A DNA stretch of 64,000 bases from assembly GCA_965205265.1 (NCBI GenBank), contig CBDBGH010000003.1, positions 2,496,001-2,560,000 on the forward strand, written 5' to 3'. Under the pieces are notes generated by a model that worked only from the letters and a program-made list of their open reading frames with translations, had not been told where the DNA came from and ran no database searches. The DNA is from Alphaproteobacteria bacterium. Its GTDB lineage: Bacteria; Pseudomonadota; Alphaproteobacteria; Bin95. Shown here piece by piece: positions 38,333-48,832 of this stretch. Made by a program: the position numbers and the translations under genes. The number at the start of each line of letters is the position of its first letter. Position 1 is the stretch's first letter.

Positions 38333-38354
38333 GATGTAGCAACATAACTACATC
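38333..38354. promoter_or_regulatory. Palindromic operator upstream of the antitoxin gene
   Basis: GATGTAG-N8-CTACATC. Confidence 0.6.
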
Positions 38355-38431
38355 TATGGGGCCCGCGCAAGCCGGCCATGCTCCCGCGCGGGCCCATGAC
38401 ATTGCCGGGAGGTGCGCGCTACCCTGCCGCC

Positions 38432-39358
38432 ATGGCAAACGAAAAGATCGTCCTTTACGAGAACCTGCGCGCGTGCAGCTACACGCCGTTCTACCTGGCC
38501 GAGCTGGCGGGGCTGTTCGCGGCCGAGGGGCTGGCGGTGAAGCGGCGGCTCTCGCCCGCGCCGCCGGAGACGGCCGAGGGCCTGATCGAGGGGCGCGCGG
38601 ACGTGTCCTTCGGCGGGCCGATGCGGGTGATGATGCACCATGACGCCGCCCGCGAGCGGGGCGGGGCGAGCCCGCTGGTCTGTTTCGCGCAGGTGGTGGC
38701 CCGCGACCCGTTCGTGCTGGTCGGGCGCGAGCCCAATCCCCGCTTCCGCCTGGAGGACCTGGTCGGCCCGCGCCTCGGCGTCGCGACCGACGTGCCGACG
38801 CCCTGGATGCTGCTCTATGACGACCTCGACCGCGCCGGCATCGACCCGGCCGCGCTCACCCGCGCCCCGGACGCCCCGATGGCGGAGAATGCCGGGGCGC
38901 TGAGGTGCGGCGAGATCGACGTCGTGCAGCTGTTCGAGCCCTATGCCGAGCGGCTCGTCTCCGGCGGGCACGGGCACATCTGGCACCGCTTCTCGGCGCG
39001 CGGCGACATCGCCTTCACCAGCTTCTACACGACCCGGCGTTTCGCCGCCGAACGCCGCAGCGCCTGCCTGGCGCTCACCCGCGCCATGCAGGCGGCGTTG
39101 ACGCGTATCCACGAGCGGGAGCCCGCCGAGACCGCAGCCCTGGTGGGCCCGGCCTTCTTTCCCGACCTGCCGCCGGCGGCCTTCGCGCGCATCGTGGCCG
39201 GCTACCGCGACGCCCGCGTCTGGCCGCGCGGCACGGCGCTGCCGGCCGCCGCCTATGCCCGCCTCAAGGCCGCCCTGCTGGCGGGCGGGCTGATCGCCCA
39301 TGACGTGCCTTACGAGGACGCGGTCGATGCCGCGCTCTCGGACCCGGAAGCGGCGTGA
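38432..39358 (+). CDS. NMT1/THI5-like ABC substrate-binding protein
   Basis: YTPFYLA, GGPMR and DVVQLFEP motifs. Confidence 0.8.
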   Translation: MANEKIVLYENLRACSYTPFYLAELAGLFAAEGLAVKRRLSPAPPETAEGLIEGRADVSFGGPMRVMMHHDAARERGGASPLVCFAQVVARDPFVLVGREPNPRFRLEDLVGPRLGVATDVPTPWMLLYDDLDRAGIDPAALTRAPDAPMAENAGALRCGEIDVVQLFEPYAERLVSGGHGHIWHRFSARGDIAFTSFYTTRRFAAERRSACLALTRAMQAALTRIHEREPAETAALVGPAFFPDLPPAAFARIVAGYRDARVWPRGTALPAAAYARLKAALLAGGLIAHDVPYEDAVDAALSDPEAA

Positions 39359-39361
39359 CGG

Positions 39362-42300
39362 TCAGTCGGACTGGCGCAGCGTCCTGATTTCGCCCATCGC
39401 CACGGAGAGCATGGTGAAGTCCGTCCGGCCGGCGCTCATCAGGTCGGCGACGATCTGGCGGCAGCGGGCCGCGGGGATGCGGTTGCGCCGGAGCCAGACA
39501 TCCACGCGCCCGGCCGGGTCCGCCCCGCCGCCGTCGAGCCTGAGCGTGTCCAGGGTCAGCGCGCTCAGCTGCGCGTAGAGGTCGTCGCGCAGCGCCGCGC
39601 GGGAAAGCGCCTGCCAGCGATTGTCCCTCGGCAGCGCCGCGATCCGGTCCCGCAGCCAGTGGAGGTCGAGCGTCTCGGCGAGCTCGAAATAGACCGAAGC
39701 CGCCGTCTCCACCGGGATCGCCGCGCCCGCGGCGACCTCCACCACCGCCAGCGCCGAGAGCAGGTCCTCGCAGTTCGCCACCTCCTGCGCGAGGTCTTCG
39801 GGGACCCCCTGCCCGGCAAGGCGGCTCCCGGTCTCGTCCATGGCGGCCCGGCTCGAAGCGGCGACGACCTCGCCGAGGCTCCCGCGCAGCGCCGCCACGC
39901 CGGCCGCGAAATGCTCTATGTCGCGGCCGATATCGAGCGGCCGCGGCCGGTTCCGGAGCAGCCAGCGCGCGGCCCGCTCCACCAGCTTGCGCGTTTCCTG
40001 GAGCATGGAAATCTGGACATCCGCGTCCACCCGGCCGTCCAGCGCCTCGATCACCGCCCAGGTCCCGCGCATGCCGTAAACGTCGCGCGCGACCAGGTAG
40101 GCCCGCGCGATATCGGCCTCGTCCGCCCCGGTTTCCTCGCCGAGCCGGAACGCGAAGGTGATCCCGCAGCGGTTCGCCATCTCGTTCGCGACCTGCGTGC
40201 TGACGATCTCGCGCGCGAGGCGGTGGGAGGGCATGAGCGGGCCGAAGCGCTCGCCGAGCGCGGCCGGGAAATAGGCCCGGAGCTCGTTCGCCGCAAAGGG
40301 CTCGGCCGGCAGGTCCGAGGCCAGAAGGCGCTGGAACAGGCCGATCTTCACATAGGCGATCAGCACGGCGAGCTCCGGAGTGAACAGCCGCCCCTTCGCC
40401 TCGAGGCGCTCGGCCAGCTCCTCGGCCCCGGGCAGGAACTCGATCTCGCGGTCGAGCGCGCCGTCCCGCTCCAGCCGGCGGATGAGCCGGGCGTGGACCT
40501 CCAGCATGGAGGGCGCGTGGGCCGCCGCCACGCTGAGCGCCTGGGTCTGGAGGTAGTTGCTGCGCAGCACCAGCGCGCCCACCTCATCGGTCATCTCCTC
40601 CAGCAGGCGGTTGCGCTGCTTGCCGGTCATGTCGCCGGCGGCCACCGCCTCGTTCAGCAGCACCTTGATGTTGACCTCGTGGTCGGAGCAGTCCACCCCG
40701 CCGGAATTGTCGATGGCGTCGGTGTTTATCCGCCCGCCCTTGGCCGCATATTCGATGCGCCCGAGCTGGGTGAAGCCGAGATTGCCGCCCTCGCCGACGA
40801 CCCGGCAGCGCAGGTCCCCGCCATCGATGCGCACGGCGTCGTTTGCCCGGTCGCCGACATCGGCGTGGCTTTCGCGCCGCGACTTGACATAGGTGCCGAT
40901 GCCGCCGTTCCAGAGCAGATCGACCGGCGCCTTGAGGATGAGCGCGATGAGCTCGGTCGGGGTCGGGGCCTCGGCGTCGGTGCCGAGCGCCGCCCGCGCC
41001 TCCGGGCTGAGCGGGACGGACTTGGCGCTTCTCGGATAGATGCCGGCGCCGGCGGACAGGACCGAGCGGTCGAAATCGTCCCAAGTGGAGCGGGGCAGGG
41101 CGAACAGCCTCCGGCGCTCCGCGAAGGCGGCTTCGGCGTCCGGGTCCGGGTCGATGAAGATATGCATGTGGTTGAAGGCGGCCACGAGCCGGATATGCGG
41201 GGAGAGCAGCATCGCGTTGCCGAACACGTCGCCGCCCATGTCGCCGATGCCGACCGCGGTGAAATCCGCCGCCTGGCAGTCCATGCCGAGCTCCCGGAAA
41301 TGGCGCTTGACCGACTCCCACCCGCCGCGCGCGGTGATGCCCATGCCCTTGTGGTCGTAGCCCTGCGAGCCGCCCGACGCGAAGGCGTCGCCGAGCCAGA
41401 AGCCGTATTCCCCGGCCACGCCGTTGGCGATGTCGGAGAAGGTCGCCGTGCCCTTGTCGGCCGCCACCACCAGATAGGGGTCGTCGCCGTCATGGCGCAC
41501 GACATGCGCCGGCGGGACCACCCGGCCGCCGGCGAGGTTGTCGGTAATGTCCAGCATGCCGCGCACGAAGGTCCGGTAGCAGGCGATGCCTTCCTCCTGG
41601 ACGGCCTCGCGGCCTGCCCAGACCGGCAGCTTCTTGGGAAAGAAGCCCCCCTTGGAGCCGACCGGGACGATCACCGCATTCTTCACCATCTGCGCCTTGG
41701 CGAGCCCCAGCACCTCGGTGCGGAAATCCTCGCGCCGGTCCGACCAGCGTATGCCGCCGCGCGCCACCGCGCCGCCGCGCAGATGCACGGCCTCGACGCG
41801 CGGCGAATAGACGAAGATCTCGTATTGCGGCCGCGGCTCGGGCAGTTCCGGAATCCGCTGCGGGTCGAGCTTGAAGGAGAGGTAGGGCTTCGGCGCGCCG
41901 TCGGGGCCGGGCTGGAAGTAGTTGGTGCGCAGCGTGGCGCCGATCACGCCCAGATAGCTGCGCAGGATGCGGTCCTCGTCGAGGTTCGCCACCTGTTCCA
42001 GCGCGGCCTCGATCCGGGCCTGGACCTCGAGCGCGGCGTCGAGCCGGGCGACCGCCCCGTTCTTCCCCTCCTGGGAGCCCTCCTGCCGGGCGGGGTCGAG
42101 GCGGACCCCGAACAGCTCGACCAGCATGGCCGCGATCGCGGGGTTGGCGGCGAGCGCATCCTGGATATAGGCCTCGCTGAAGGCGGTCCCGGCCTGGCGC
42201 AGATATTTGCAATAGGCGCGCAGGATGACGATCTCGCGCCAGCCGATCCCGGCCCGCAGCACCAGCCGGTTGAAGCCGTCATTCTCGACCCCGCCGGCCC

Positions 42301-44233
42301 AAACCCGGGCGAAGGCCTCGCGGAAGATCTCCTCGATGCGGTCCGGTTCGAAATCGGGGCCTTCCCCGTGCAGCAGGCCGAAGTCGTGCAGCCACACCCT
42401 CGGCGCATCGGTCCGCTTGATCTTGCTGGGATGCTCGTCCTCGACCTTGAGGCCCATGTTTTCCAGCATCGGCAGCGCGTCGGAGAGCGCGACGGGCCTC
42501 TGCCCGAGCTGGAACAGCTTGAAGCGCAGCCGCCCTTCCTCGGCCTCGAGCGGGCGGTAGAGGCTCATTTCGATGCCGTTCTCCCGGATGCGCTCCATCT
42601 TCTCGACGTCGAGCACGGCGATCCGGGCGGAATAGGCCTCGCGGTAGTCCGCGCGGAAGGCCTCTCCATAGCGCCGGAACAGGCTCGTGCCCGCCTCCTC
42701 GCCGAAACGGTCGAGGAGCGCGTCGTGCAGATCGTCGGTCCAGGTGCGGCTGACGACACGGAGCCGCCGTTCGAGGTCGGCAAGGTCGTATTGCGGCGCG
42801 TGCCCGGCCTCGACGCGCATGACGAAGAAGAGCCGCGCCAGCACGGACTCCGAGAGCCGCACGGTGAACTCGGTGTCCGTCGCGCCGAGCGCCTCTTCGA
42901 GAATCCCCTGGATGACCTGCCGGCTTCCGGTGGTGAACCGGTCCCTGGGCACGAACACGATGCAGGAATAGAAGCGCCCGAAGCGGTCCGGATGGATGAA
43001 AAGGCGGATGCGCTGCCGTTCCTGGAGGTGCAGGATTCCGGTCGCGGTTTCGAACAGCTCCCCGGCCGGGATCTGTAACAGCAGCTCCCGCGGGAAGGTA
43101 TCGACGATGTTCTCCAGCGCCTTGGCGGCGTGGCTGCCCGGCGGATAACCGGCGCGGCGCTGCAAGGCGTCCGCCTTCTGCCGCAGCAGCGGGATGTCGC
43201 GCGGCGCCCGGTTGAAGGCCTCGGAAGTGTAGAGGCCGAGGAAGCGGTGTTCGCCCGCGACATTGCCGTCGCCGTCGAACCGCCGGAGAGCGATGCAGTC
43301 CAGATGGCTCGGCCGGTGGACCCGCGAGCGCCGGTCCGCGCGCGTGATCGCCAGCAATTCGGCCGCGTCCATGCCGCTCGGGCCGGGCAGGTCCGGAACC
43401 GGCGGCGGTCCGCCTTCGCCGCGCAGGAGGCCGAGGCCGGTGTCAGGCTCGGGCGCGAACCGGCCCTCGCCGCCGGCTTCCTCCACGCGGCTTTCGCAGT
43501 AGCCGAGGAAGGTGAAATGGTTGTCCTCGATCCATTCGAGGAACGCCTTCACCTCCTCCCGTTCCTCGCCGCCGACGGACGGCGGCAGGGCGTCCAGTTC
43601 CTCGATGGCAAGGCGCATGCGCTCGCGCATGCCGCCCCAGTCCTCCACCGCGACCCGCACGTCGCCGAGAGCGGCAAGCATCTCGGCCGCGACGGCGTCG
43701 AGCACGTCCCGTTCCGTCTGCCGGTCGGTCTCGATATGGATAACCGCCTCGACGCCGGTTTCCCCGCCGCCGGCTTCCTCGACCGGGAGCACCGCCTCGA
43801 TGCGCCCGTCCTCCCCCCGGCGGACGCGCAGGACCGGGTGGATGACGAGGTGGCTGGTATAGCCGCGCGCATTGAGGACCATGCGCACGGAATCGACCAG
43901 GAACGGCAGGTCGTCGGTGACGATCTCGACGATGGTGTGGGTGGACTGCCATCCGTGCTGCTCGATCTCCGGGTTGTAAACGCGGACCTTCGCCTCGCCG
44001 GGCGTCCGCCGGCGGGCGAGGTTGAGATGCGCCACCGCTGCGCCGTAGAGGTCGTCCGGCCGGCGTTCGGCCAGGTCCTCCTGCGAAACGCCCGCGTAAT
44101 AGAGGGCGATGAAGGAGAGCGCGGCATCGAGCTCCCCGCCGCCCAGCCGCTCCTGCGCGAGCGCGGCGATTTCCTCGAACAGTTCCGTCTGTTGCGTATC
44201 GGGCTGTTGTGTATCGGGCGCCATGGGAGACAT
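39362..44233 (-). CDS. gdh: Large NAD-specific glutamate dehydrogenase
   Basis: About 1620 aa; RGGIRWSDR, KNAVIVPVGSKGG, VAADKGTA, GYDHK and IDNSGGVDCSDHEVNIK motifs. Confidence 0.96.
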   Translation of the reverse strand: MSPMAPDTQQPDTQQTELFEEIAALAQERLGGGELDAALSFIALYYAGVSQEDLAERRPDDLYGAAVAHLNLARRRTPGEAKVRVYNPEIEQHGWQSTHTIVEIVTDDLPFLVDSVRMVLNARGYTSHLVIHPVLRVRRGEDGRIEAVLPVEEAGGGETGVEAVIHIETDRQTERDVLDAVAAEMLAALGDVRVAVEDWGGMRERMRLAIEELDALPPSVGGEEREEVKAFLEWIEDNHFTFLGYCESRVEEAGGEGRFAPEPDTGLGLLRGEGGPPPVPDLPGPSGMDAAELLAITRADRRSRVHRPSHLDCIALRRFDGDGNVAGEHRFLGLYTSEAFNRAPRDIPLLRQKADALQRRAGYPPGSHAAKALENIVDTFPRELLLQIPAGELFETATGILHLQERQRIRLFIHPDRFGRFYSCIVFVPRDRFTTGSRQVIQGILEEALGATDTEFTVRLSESVLARLFFVMRVEAGHAPQYDLADLERRLRVVSRTWTDDLHDALLDRFGEEAGTSLFRRYGEAFRADYREAYSARIAVLDVEKMERIRENGIEMSLYRPLEAEEGRLRFKLFQLGQRPVALSDALPMLENMGLKVEDEHPSKIKRTDAPRVWLHDFGLLHGEGPDFEPDRIEEIFREAFARVWAGGVENDGFNRLVLRAGIGWREIVILRAYCKYLRQAGTAFSEAYIQDALAANPAIAAMLVELFGVRLDPARQEGSQEGKNGAVARLDAALEVQARIEAALEQVANLDEDRILRSYLGVIGATLRTNYFQPGPDGAPKPYLSFKLDPQRIPELPEPRPQYEIFVYSPRVEAVHLRGGAVARGGIRWSDRREDFRTEVLGLAKAQMVKNAVIVPVGSKGGFFPKKLPVWAGREAVQEEGIACYRTFVRGMLDITDNLAGGRVVPPAHVVRHDGDDPYLVVAADKGTATFSDIANGVAGEYGFWLGDAFASGGSQGYDHKGMGITARGGWESVKRHFRELGMDCQAADFTAVGIGDMGGDVFGNAMLLSPHIRLVAAFNHMHIFIDPDPDAEAAFAERRRLFALPRSTWDDFDRSVLSAGAGIYPRSAKSVPLSPEARAALGTDAEAPTPTELIALILKAPVDLLWNGGIGTYVKSRRESHADVGDRANDAVRIDGGDLRCRVVGEGGNLGFTQLGRIEYAAKGGRINTDAIDNSGGVDCSDHEVNIKVLLNEAVAAGDMTGKQRNRLLEEMTDEVGALVLRSNYLQTQALSVAAAHAPSMLEVHARLIRRLERDGALDREIEFLPGAEELAERLEAKGRLFTPELAVLIAYVKIGLFQRLLASDLPAEPFAANELRAYFPAALGERFGPLMPSHRLAREIVSTQVANEMANRCGITFAFRLGEETGADEADIARAYLVARDVYGMRGTWAVIEALDGRVDADVQISMLQETRKLVERAARWLLRNRPRPLDIGRDIEHFAAGVAALRGSLGEVVAASSRAAMDETGSRLAGQGVPEDLAQEVANCEDLLSALAVVEVAAGAAIPVETAASVYFELAETLDLHWLRDRIAALPRDNRWQALSRAALRDDLYAQLSALTLDTLRLDGGGADPAGRVDVWLRRNRIPAARCRQIVADLMSAGRTDFTMLSVAMGEIRTLRQSD

Positions 44234-44409
44234 CCTTTCGCGTCGTCCGGGCCTGCTGCCGCGCAGCGCGCCGGAGCGTTGCCGCAGGCTGTCTCCCAGG
44301 GTCCCGGTCGCGGATCGGGCCGCGGGAGGGCCCGCGGTGCGGCGACTCCCTGCAATATAGGCGTTGCCGCTGTATTTCGGGACTCCGATTTGCGATTGCC
44401 GCATTGCGT

Positions 44410-44660
44410 CCATTGCTGTCCGGTTCAGGATTTGCGGGCAGGGCGCATGGCCTGGATTCAACCGGGTTTCGAGGGGTTCGGCGGGATCGGGACCCGGACC
44501 GACGTCCGGCGGCCCGGCCCTGTTCCCGTCATACCCGGACTTGTTCCGGGTATCTCTTTCAAGCGGCTCCGCCGGGCGGCCGTATGGATACCCGGAACAA
44601 GTCCGGGTATGACGAAAGAGCCTGCCCTGAGCCTGCCGAAGGGGGGCGTTCGGGCGTGAC
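44410..44660. repeat. REP-like cluster (family A doublet at 44527-44614 plus CCTGAGCCTGCCGAAGG and GCTGTCCGGTTCAG)
   Basis: Shares units with 22493-22580 and 37070-37630. Confidence 0.8.
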
Positions 44661-44686
44661 GGGGAAAGGGGCGGGAGCCCGCGCGC

Positions 44687-45190
44687 TCACGCGCCCGGCA
44701 GGGCGCGCCAGTCGTCGAAGGAGATCGCGCGGCCGGGCCAGGCGGGGCTGGCGAAGGGCCAGATGTCGGCGATCCAGGCGCGAACGGTCCGGTAGAGCTC
44801 CTCGTCGAGCCCGTCCGCGAGCGTATCGGCGCGCACCCACATCATGACCTTGCAGTCATGGCCGCGCTTGCGGGTGGGCTTGATATAGACGCAGCCGAGG
44901 CACCGGCTTTCATCGGGCGCCATCGCGGTGTAGGCGAAGGAGGAGCGGCGCCTGAACTCTTTCTGGTGCCAGCCGAGATCGACGAGGTCGTCCTCGATGG
45001 TCAGCCCCTCCGGCCACGAGCCGCCGCTTTCAGGGCTGTAGGTCGCCCGCAGGTGCTCGACGCTCGACATCACGGCGTCGTAGTCCTTGACGAGATCGTT
45101 GACCGACAGCATCCGCAGGCGGAACCGCGGATGCTCCAGGACTGCGGGAACCTCGAAACCGTCGGGGACGAGGCGGAAGCGGTCGTGCAT
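44687..45190 (-). CDS. GNAT-family N-acetyltransferase-like protein
   Basis: DYDAVMSS...WPEGLT..DDLVDL...SFAY...LGCVYI...WPF. Confidence 0.75.
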   Translation of the reverse strand: MHDRFRLVPDGFEVPAVLEHPRFRLRMLSVNDLVKDYDAVMSSVEHLRATYSPESGGSWPEGLTIEDDLVDLGWHQKEFRRRSSFAYTAMAPDESRCLGCVYIKPTRKRGHDCKVMMWVRADTLADGLDEELYRTVRAWIADIWPFASPAWPGRAISFDDWRALPGA

Positions 45191-45383
45191 GGGCGCGCTC
45201 CGGCAAAGCGTTTTCGTTGACGGCGACTCTACCAGCATCGGCGGCGCGCGTGTCGAAAGGCGGCGTCGGCGCCGCCGGTGCCGCGCACGTCGAAAGGAGC
45301 CTGTCCTGAGCCTGTCGAAGGGCGGCGATTGCCGCCGGTTCCGCGAGGCCCTACCGTCGGCGGCCCGTTTCCGGGAGTGCGCC

Positions 45384-46391
45384 TTGCCCGTCTTCCCCTT
45401 CCACGAATTGCGCCGCGCCGCCTGGAACCTGGCGGACGGCAATGTGCGCCCCGGCGAGGACGTGCTGGTGGTCGCGAGCTCGGACCAGGAGCCGGCGCTG
45501 GTCGATGCGCTTGTCGCCGCGGCCGACGCGGCCGGCGCGGGCACGGCGACGGCCGCCGCCATTGCCTGCCCCGCCGACATGGCCGATTACCGCCACCCCG
45601 CGCCCGTCATCGCCGCGGCCGAGCGCGCCGGGCTCACCGTGGTGGCGACCTCCATCCGCTTCCCGCGCGCCTATGACGACCTCAGCCGGGCGCTGTTCGC
45701 CGCCGGGCGCCGGCAGGTGCTCATCAACAACGCGCCGCTGGAGGATTTCGTGCGCGGCGCGGCGCTCGCCGACCCGGAGGCGCTGCTGGCGCGCACGCGC
45801 AGGCTCGCCGGCGCGGTCTCGGGCGCGCGCACCGTCCGGGTCGTCTCGCCGAACGGCACCGACCTCACCGTCCGCGTCTGCCGGCCCTGCCTGCCGCTCA
45901 CCGGCTTCGCGGAGGAGGACACCGGCTTCGGCTCCTTCCCGAGCGGCGAGGCCATGCTGTCGCCGGAGGAGGGCAGCGCGGAGGGCGTGTTCGTGGCGGA
46001 CGCCTTCGGGCAGGTGGTCTATCTGGCGGATGCCGGCCCGCAGCTCGGCCTGCTGGAAGACCCCGTCCGGCTGGAATTCGCCGCCGGCCGGCTGGCCCGC
46101 CTCTCCGGCGGCAGCGCCGCCAGGCGGCTGGAGGCGGTGCTGGCGGCGGCGGACGGCAATGCAAGGCTGCTCGCCGAGCTCGGCCTCGGCACCAACGGCC
46201 ACGCCCGCGCCGTCGGCCATGTGGAAAACAAGTTCCGCCTCGGCACCGCCCACATCGCGCTCGGCGACAACCGCCTGATCGGCTGGCGCGCGGCGGACAA
46301 ATACGGCGGCGCGATAAAGAGCAACCGCCACATAGACCTCGTCGCCGACAATATCCGCATCGAGATCGACGGGGAGCCGGTGACGCCGTGA
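45384..46391 (+). CDS. Aminopeptidase T (M29)-like metallopeptidase
   Basis: GTDL, FPSGEA, AELGLGTN, ENK and GTAHIALGDN motifs; start uncertain (TTG after GGGAG). Confidence 0.75.
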   Translation: MPVFPFHELRRAAWNLADGNVRPGEDVLVVASSDQEPALVDALVAAADAAGAGTATAAAIACPADMADYRHPAPVIAAAERAGLTVVATSIRFPRAYDDLSRALFAAGRRQVLINNAPLEDFVRGAALADPEALLARTRRLAGAVSGARTVRVVSPNGTDLTVRVCRPCLPLTGFAEEDTGFGSFPSGEAMLSPEEGSAEGVFVADAFGQVVYLADAGPQLGLLEDPVRLEFAAGRLARLSGGSAARRLEAVLAAADGNARLLAELGLGTNGHARAVGHVENKFRLGTAHIALGDNRLIGWRAADKYGGAIKSNRHIDLVADNIRIEIDGEPVTP

Positions 46392-46517
46392 GTGCGGCGA
46401 CGGCGGGTCGGAATAAGGCGGACGGGGGACGCGCGCCTGGCCCCTTTCTTGCGCCGCATTCGAGATGCATGCGAGCGATCGGTGCTTACACGCTGAACTG
46501 ACCGAATGGCCGATTGC

Positions 46518-47033
46518 CTATGAAATCTTCAGCAGCTTGTCTCGCAAGACAATCGCAAGGACATCGAGAACTTCATTTCGATCGAGGCCGTTGTCGTAGG
46601 CGCATTGCTTTATGCGTGCATCGAATTCCGGACTTGGCCGATATTCATCGCGAGCATACTCGAAGCACCGTTCCTGAATATCGTAAGGATGTTTCCCGTC
46701 GGTTTGCGTGCGCAGCATTGGCATGAGTTTTTCTGCTACAGAAGGAATGTCGAGAATATCGGAGACTTTCCGTCCGGTTTCCGTCAGACGCAAGGGACTT
46801 TCGGATTCTATCGTTTTGGAAGCCTGCCAATGGAGGATTTTTCTTATGTCTGCACGAACCTCGGCAAGTCCTTCCTGAAGCGTCTTTGCGAGTGAGTCGA
46901 TCCTGTTGTTGACCGATCCGATGCTGGCATCCACACGCTGCGTCCATCGGGATATTTTTACGATTGTCATAACGAGCGTGATAACCAGCCCGACGACGAC
47001 CCACCATGGCGTTTGCGCGGCCCATTCCGGCAT
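46518..47033 (-). CDS. Hypothetical membrane-anchored coiled-coil protein (low GC)
   Basis: N-terminal TM segment, heptad-like region, then SPLRLTETG. Confidence 0.65.
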   Translation of the reverse strand: MPEWAAQTPWWVVVGLVITLVMTIVKISRWTQRVDASIGSVNNRIDSLAKTLQEGLAEVRADIRKILHWQASKTIESESPLRLTETGRKVSDILDIPSVAEKLMPMLRTQTDGKHPYDIQERCFEYARDEYRPSPEFDARIKQCAYDNGLDRNEVLDVLAIVLRDKLLKIS

Positions 47034-47304
47034 CTCTTCGTTTCTCCCCGCTTCCGGTTCCCGGATAGGGTCGGCAAGAAATATTGGCCATCCTAAACCG
47101 CTTCGCAATATCGATCATAGTCGGAAAGGATGTCGCATCCGGTTTTCCGGTTATTTCTGGGCAAACGACCGGACTGTTTACAGACCCGCCCCGGCTCAGC
47201 CTGGGCGAGGCCTCCCCGAAACCCGTCGCTTCGGGTCAAGAATTCGGAAAAGCTAACACTGGCAAAGAGATAGCCAAAGGCCGGCCGGCCAGGCACACAG
47301 GTCC

Positions 47305-48147
47305 TTATCGAAAGCTCGCCTGGAAGGCCGTGGGCATGAGGGACACATGCGCGTCGAGGGGCGGGGGGAGTTCGAAGGCTTTCGGTTCGCGCGAGAAATT
47401 CCAGAGGCGGAACAGGCGCCATTCCTCGCGCCTCGCCTCGGCCACGGCGAGTTCGTTTCGCGAGATGTGGAAGGGCGTGCGCTCCCAGCCGTTGGTGGTC
47501 TTCACCTCCAGCAGCCGGCAGCGGCCGTCGGGCCGGAAGCTGGCGATGTCGTAGCCGGCTCCGTCGCCCTCCTCTTCCGACACCCAGCGCACCGCTTGCG
47601 CCAGGTCGCCGCGGCCGGCGCCCGCCAGCACGGCGCGTTCATGCGCCAGCGCAAGCTTTTCGCCGGCGCGGCCGAGCGCGCGGTTGCGCTCGTCCCGGCC
47701 CGCCGCATCGAACCGGCGGGCGATGCCCAGCATCTGTTCGAGCTCCTGCGGCGGCGGGCGGTTGCTAAGCGTCGGCGGCGGCCCGACCCAGAGTTGCGCC
47801 GCCTCCCGCATGCCGGTTGCGGCGGCACGGTCCTCGCCCGGCGCGCGATGCAGCCATGACGGGTGGGCCTCCAGCCACCGGGCCACCGCGTCCGCAAGCC
47901 TCGCCTGGAAATTGAAGGCGGGCCTGTAGCCCTCCAGCCAGTCCTCGCCCAGGCCCTTGAGCACGGCGCTGACATTGCGGCGCTTGAACTCGATCGACGC
48001 CTCCGAGCGGTTCCGAAGGCGGGGCATCAGCGCGCGCCGGTGCTGCGTCTTGCTGTAGGGCCGCCCGGCAAGCTCGTGGGCCAGCATCGCGAAATAGTCC
48101 GCGACGATCCGGTCGTTCTCCTCATCGGTCCAGGGCCCGCTCGACAT
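47305..48147 (-). CDS. DUF3883 (PD-(D/E)xK) domain nuclease
   Basis: GDGAGYDIAS, LEVKTT and FHISRNE motifs. Confidence 0.85.
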   Translation of the reverse strand: MSSGPWTDEENDRIVADYFAMLAHELAGRPYSKTQHRRALMPRLRNRSEASIEFKRRNVSAVLKGLGEDWLEGYRPAFNFQARLADAVARWLEAHPSWLHRAPGEDRAAATGMREAAQLWVGPPPTLSNRPPPQELEQMLGIARRFDAAGRDERNRALGRAGEKLALAHERAVLAGAGRGDLAQAVRWVSEEEGDGAGYDIASFRPDGRCRLLEVKTTNGWERTPFHISRNELAVAEARREEWRLFRLWNFSREPKAFELPPPLDAHVSLMPTAFQASFR

Positions 48148-48264
48148 TACCCGAAGTTATAGGCATGAGCACCTGTTGTCATTGCGGGCCGCGCCGGCGG
48201 ATGCGACAGGATCGGAAATCATATCCTGTTCTGAAAAACTTCGGAATAATTCTCCTGAATGGGC

Positions 48265-48291
48265 TTGACATTTCCTCGTTTGTGCTATGAT
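48265..48291 (+). promoter_or_regulatory. Sigma70-like promoter
   Basis: TTGACA...TGcTATGAT (extended -10; 15-bp spacer). Confidence 0.5.
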
Positions 48292-48659
48292 GGCGGGGAG
48301 GGAGGAACGCGGCATCCGCGCGGGGCCGCCTTGCTTCCCCGGTTCGCGCCGGCGCGAAAAAAGCCCCCGATTCGGCCAACAGGCGAGGTGCGTCCTGCGT
48401 CCGGTTCGCGCGCGGGGGCGCGCCCGGGCAATCAGGCGCGCAAACCGCGCCGCCGCGAAACGCGCGCCCACGGGCGCGGGGGCGCCGGCGCGCATTACGC
48501 GCGAAACAGGGTCCCGCCGCATGGCGGGGCGGGCGAGGGAGAAGCGGAACGAAACGGGATGGAGGAACGACATGCCGGAATGCGAGAACGGGGCCCGGGC
48601 GGAGCGGCCTCCCGAAATCTCCCGCCCGCTTCCGGGGGAGAGGACGGAAGTGGCGGCTG

Positions 48660-48790
48660 AAAAGCCCTCTCCCTCGGGGAGAGGGTTGGGTGAGGGCCCG
48701 CTTCCGCGCCAGCGGAAGCGGCGGGCGCAAGCCCGGCGAAGGTCCGTCACGCGAGAGGGCCCCCTCCCGGCCCGCGCAAGCGGGAGAGGA
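48660..48790. repeat. REP-like family C (CCCTCTCCC...GGGAGAGGG...GGTGAGGG)
   Basis: Related copies at 49635-49750. Confidence 0.7.
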
Positions 48791-48832
48791 GTATTACGGC
48801 GGCCGTCGGCCGGCCGGGGCGGCCGCCTCCCG

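Noticed and set aside
44190-44219. 15-bp duplication (PDTQQ x2) at the GDH N-terminus, and the 18-bp repeat in the Fe-S subunit
   Set aside because: Short in-frame slippage in loop or terminal regions; no evidence of function.
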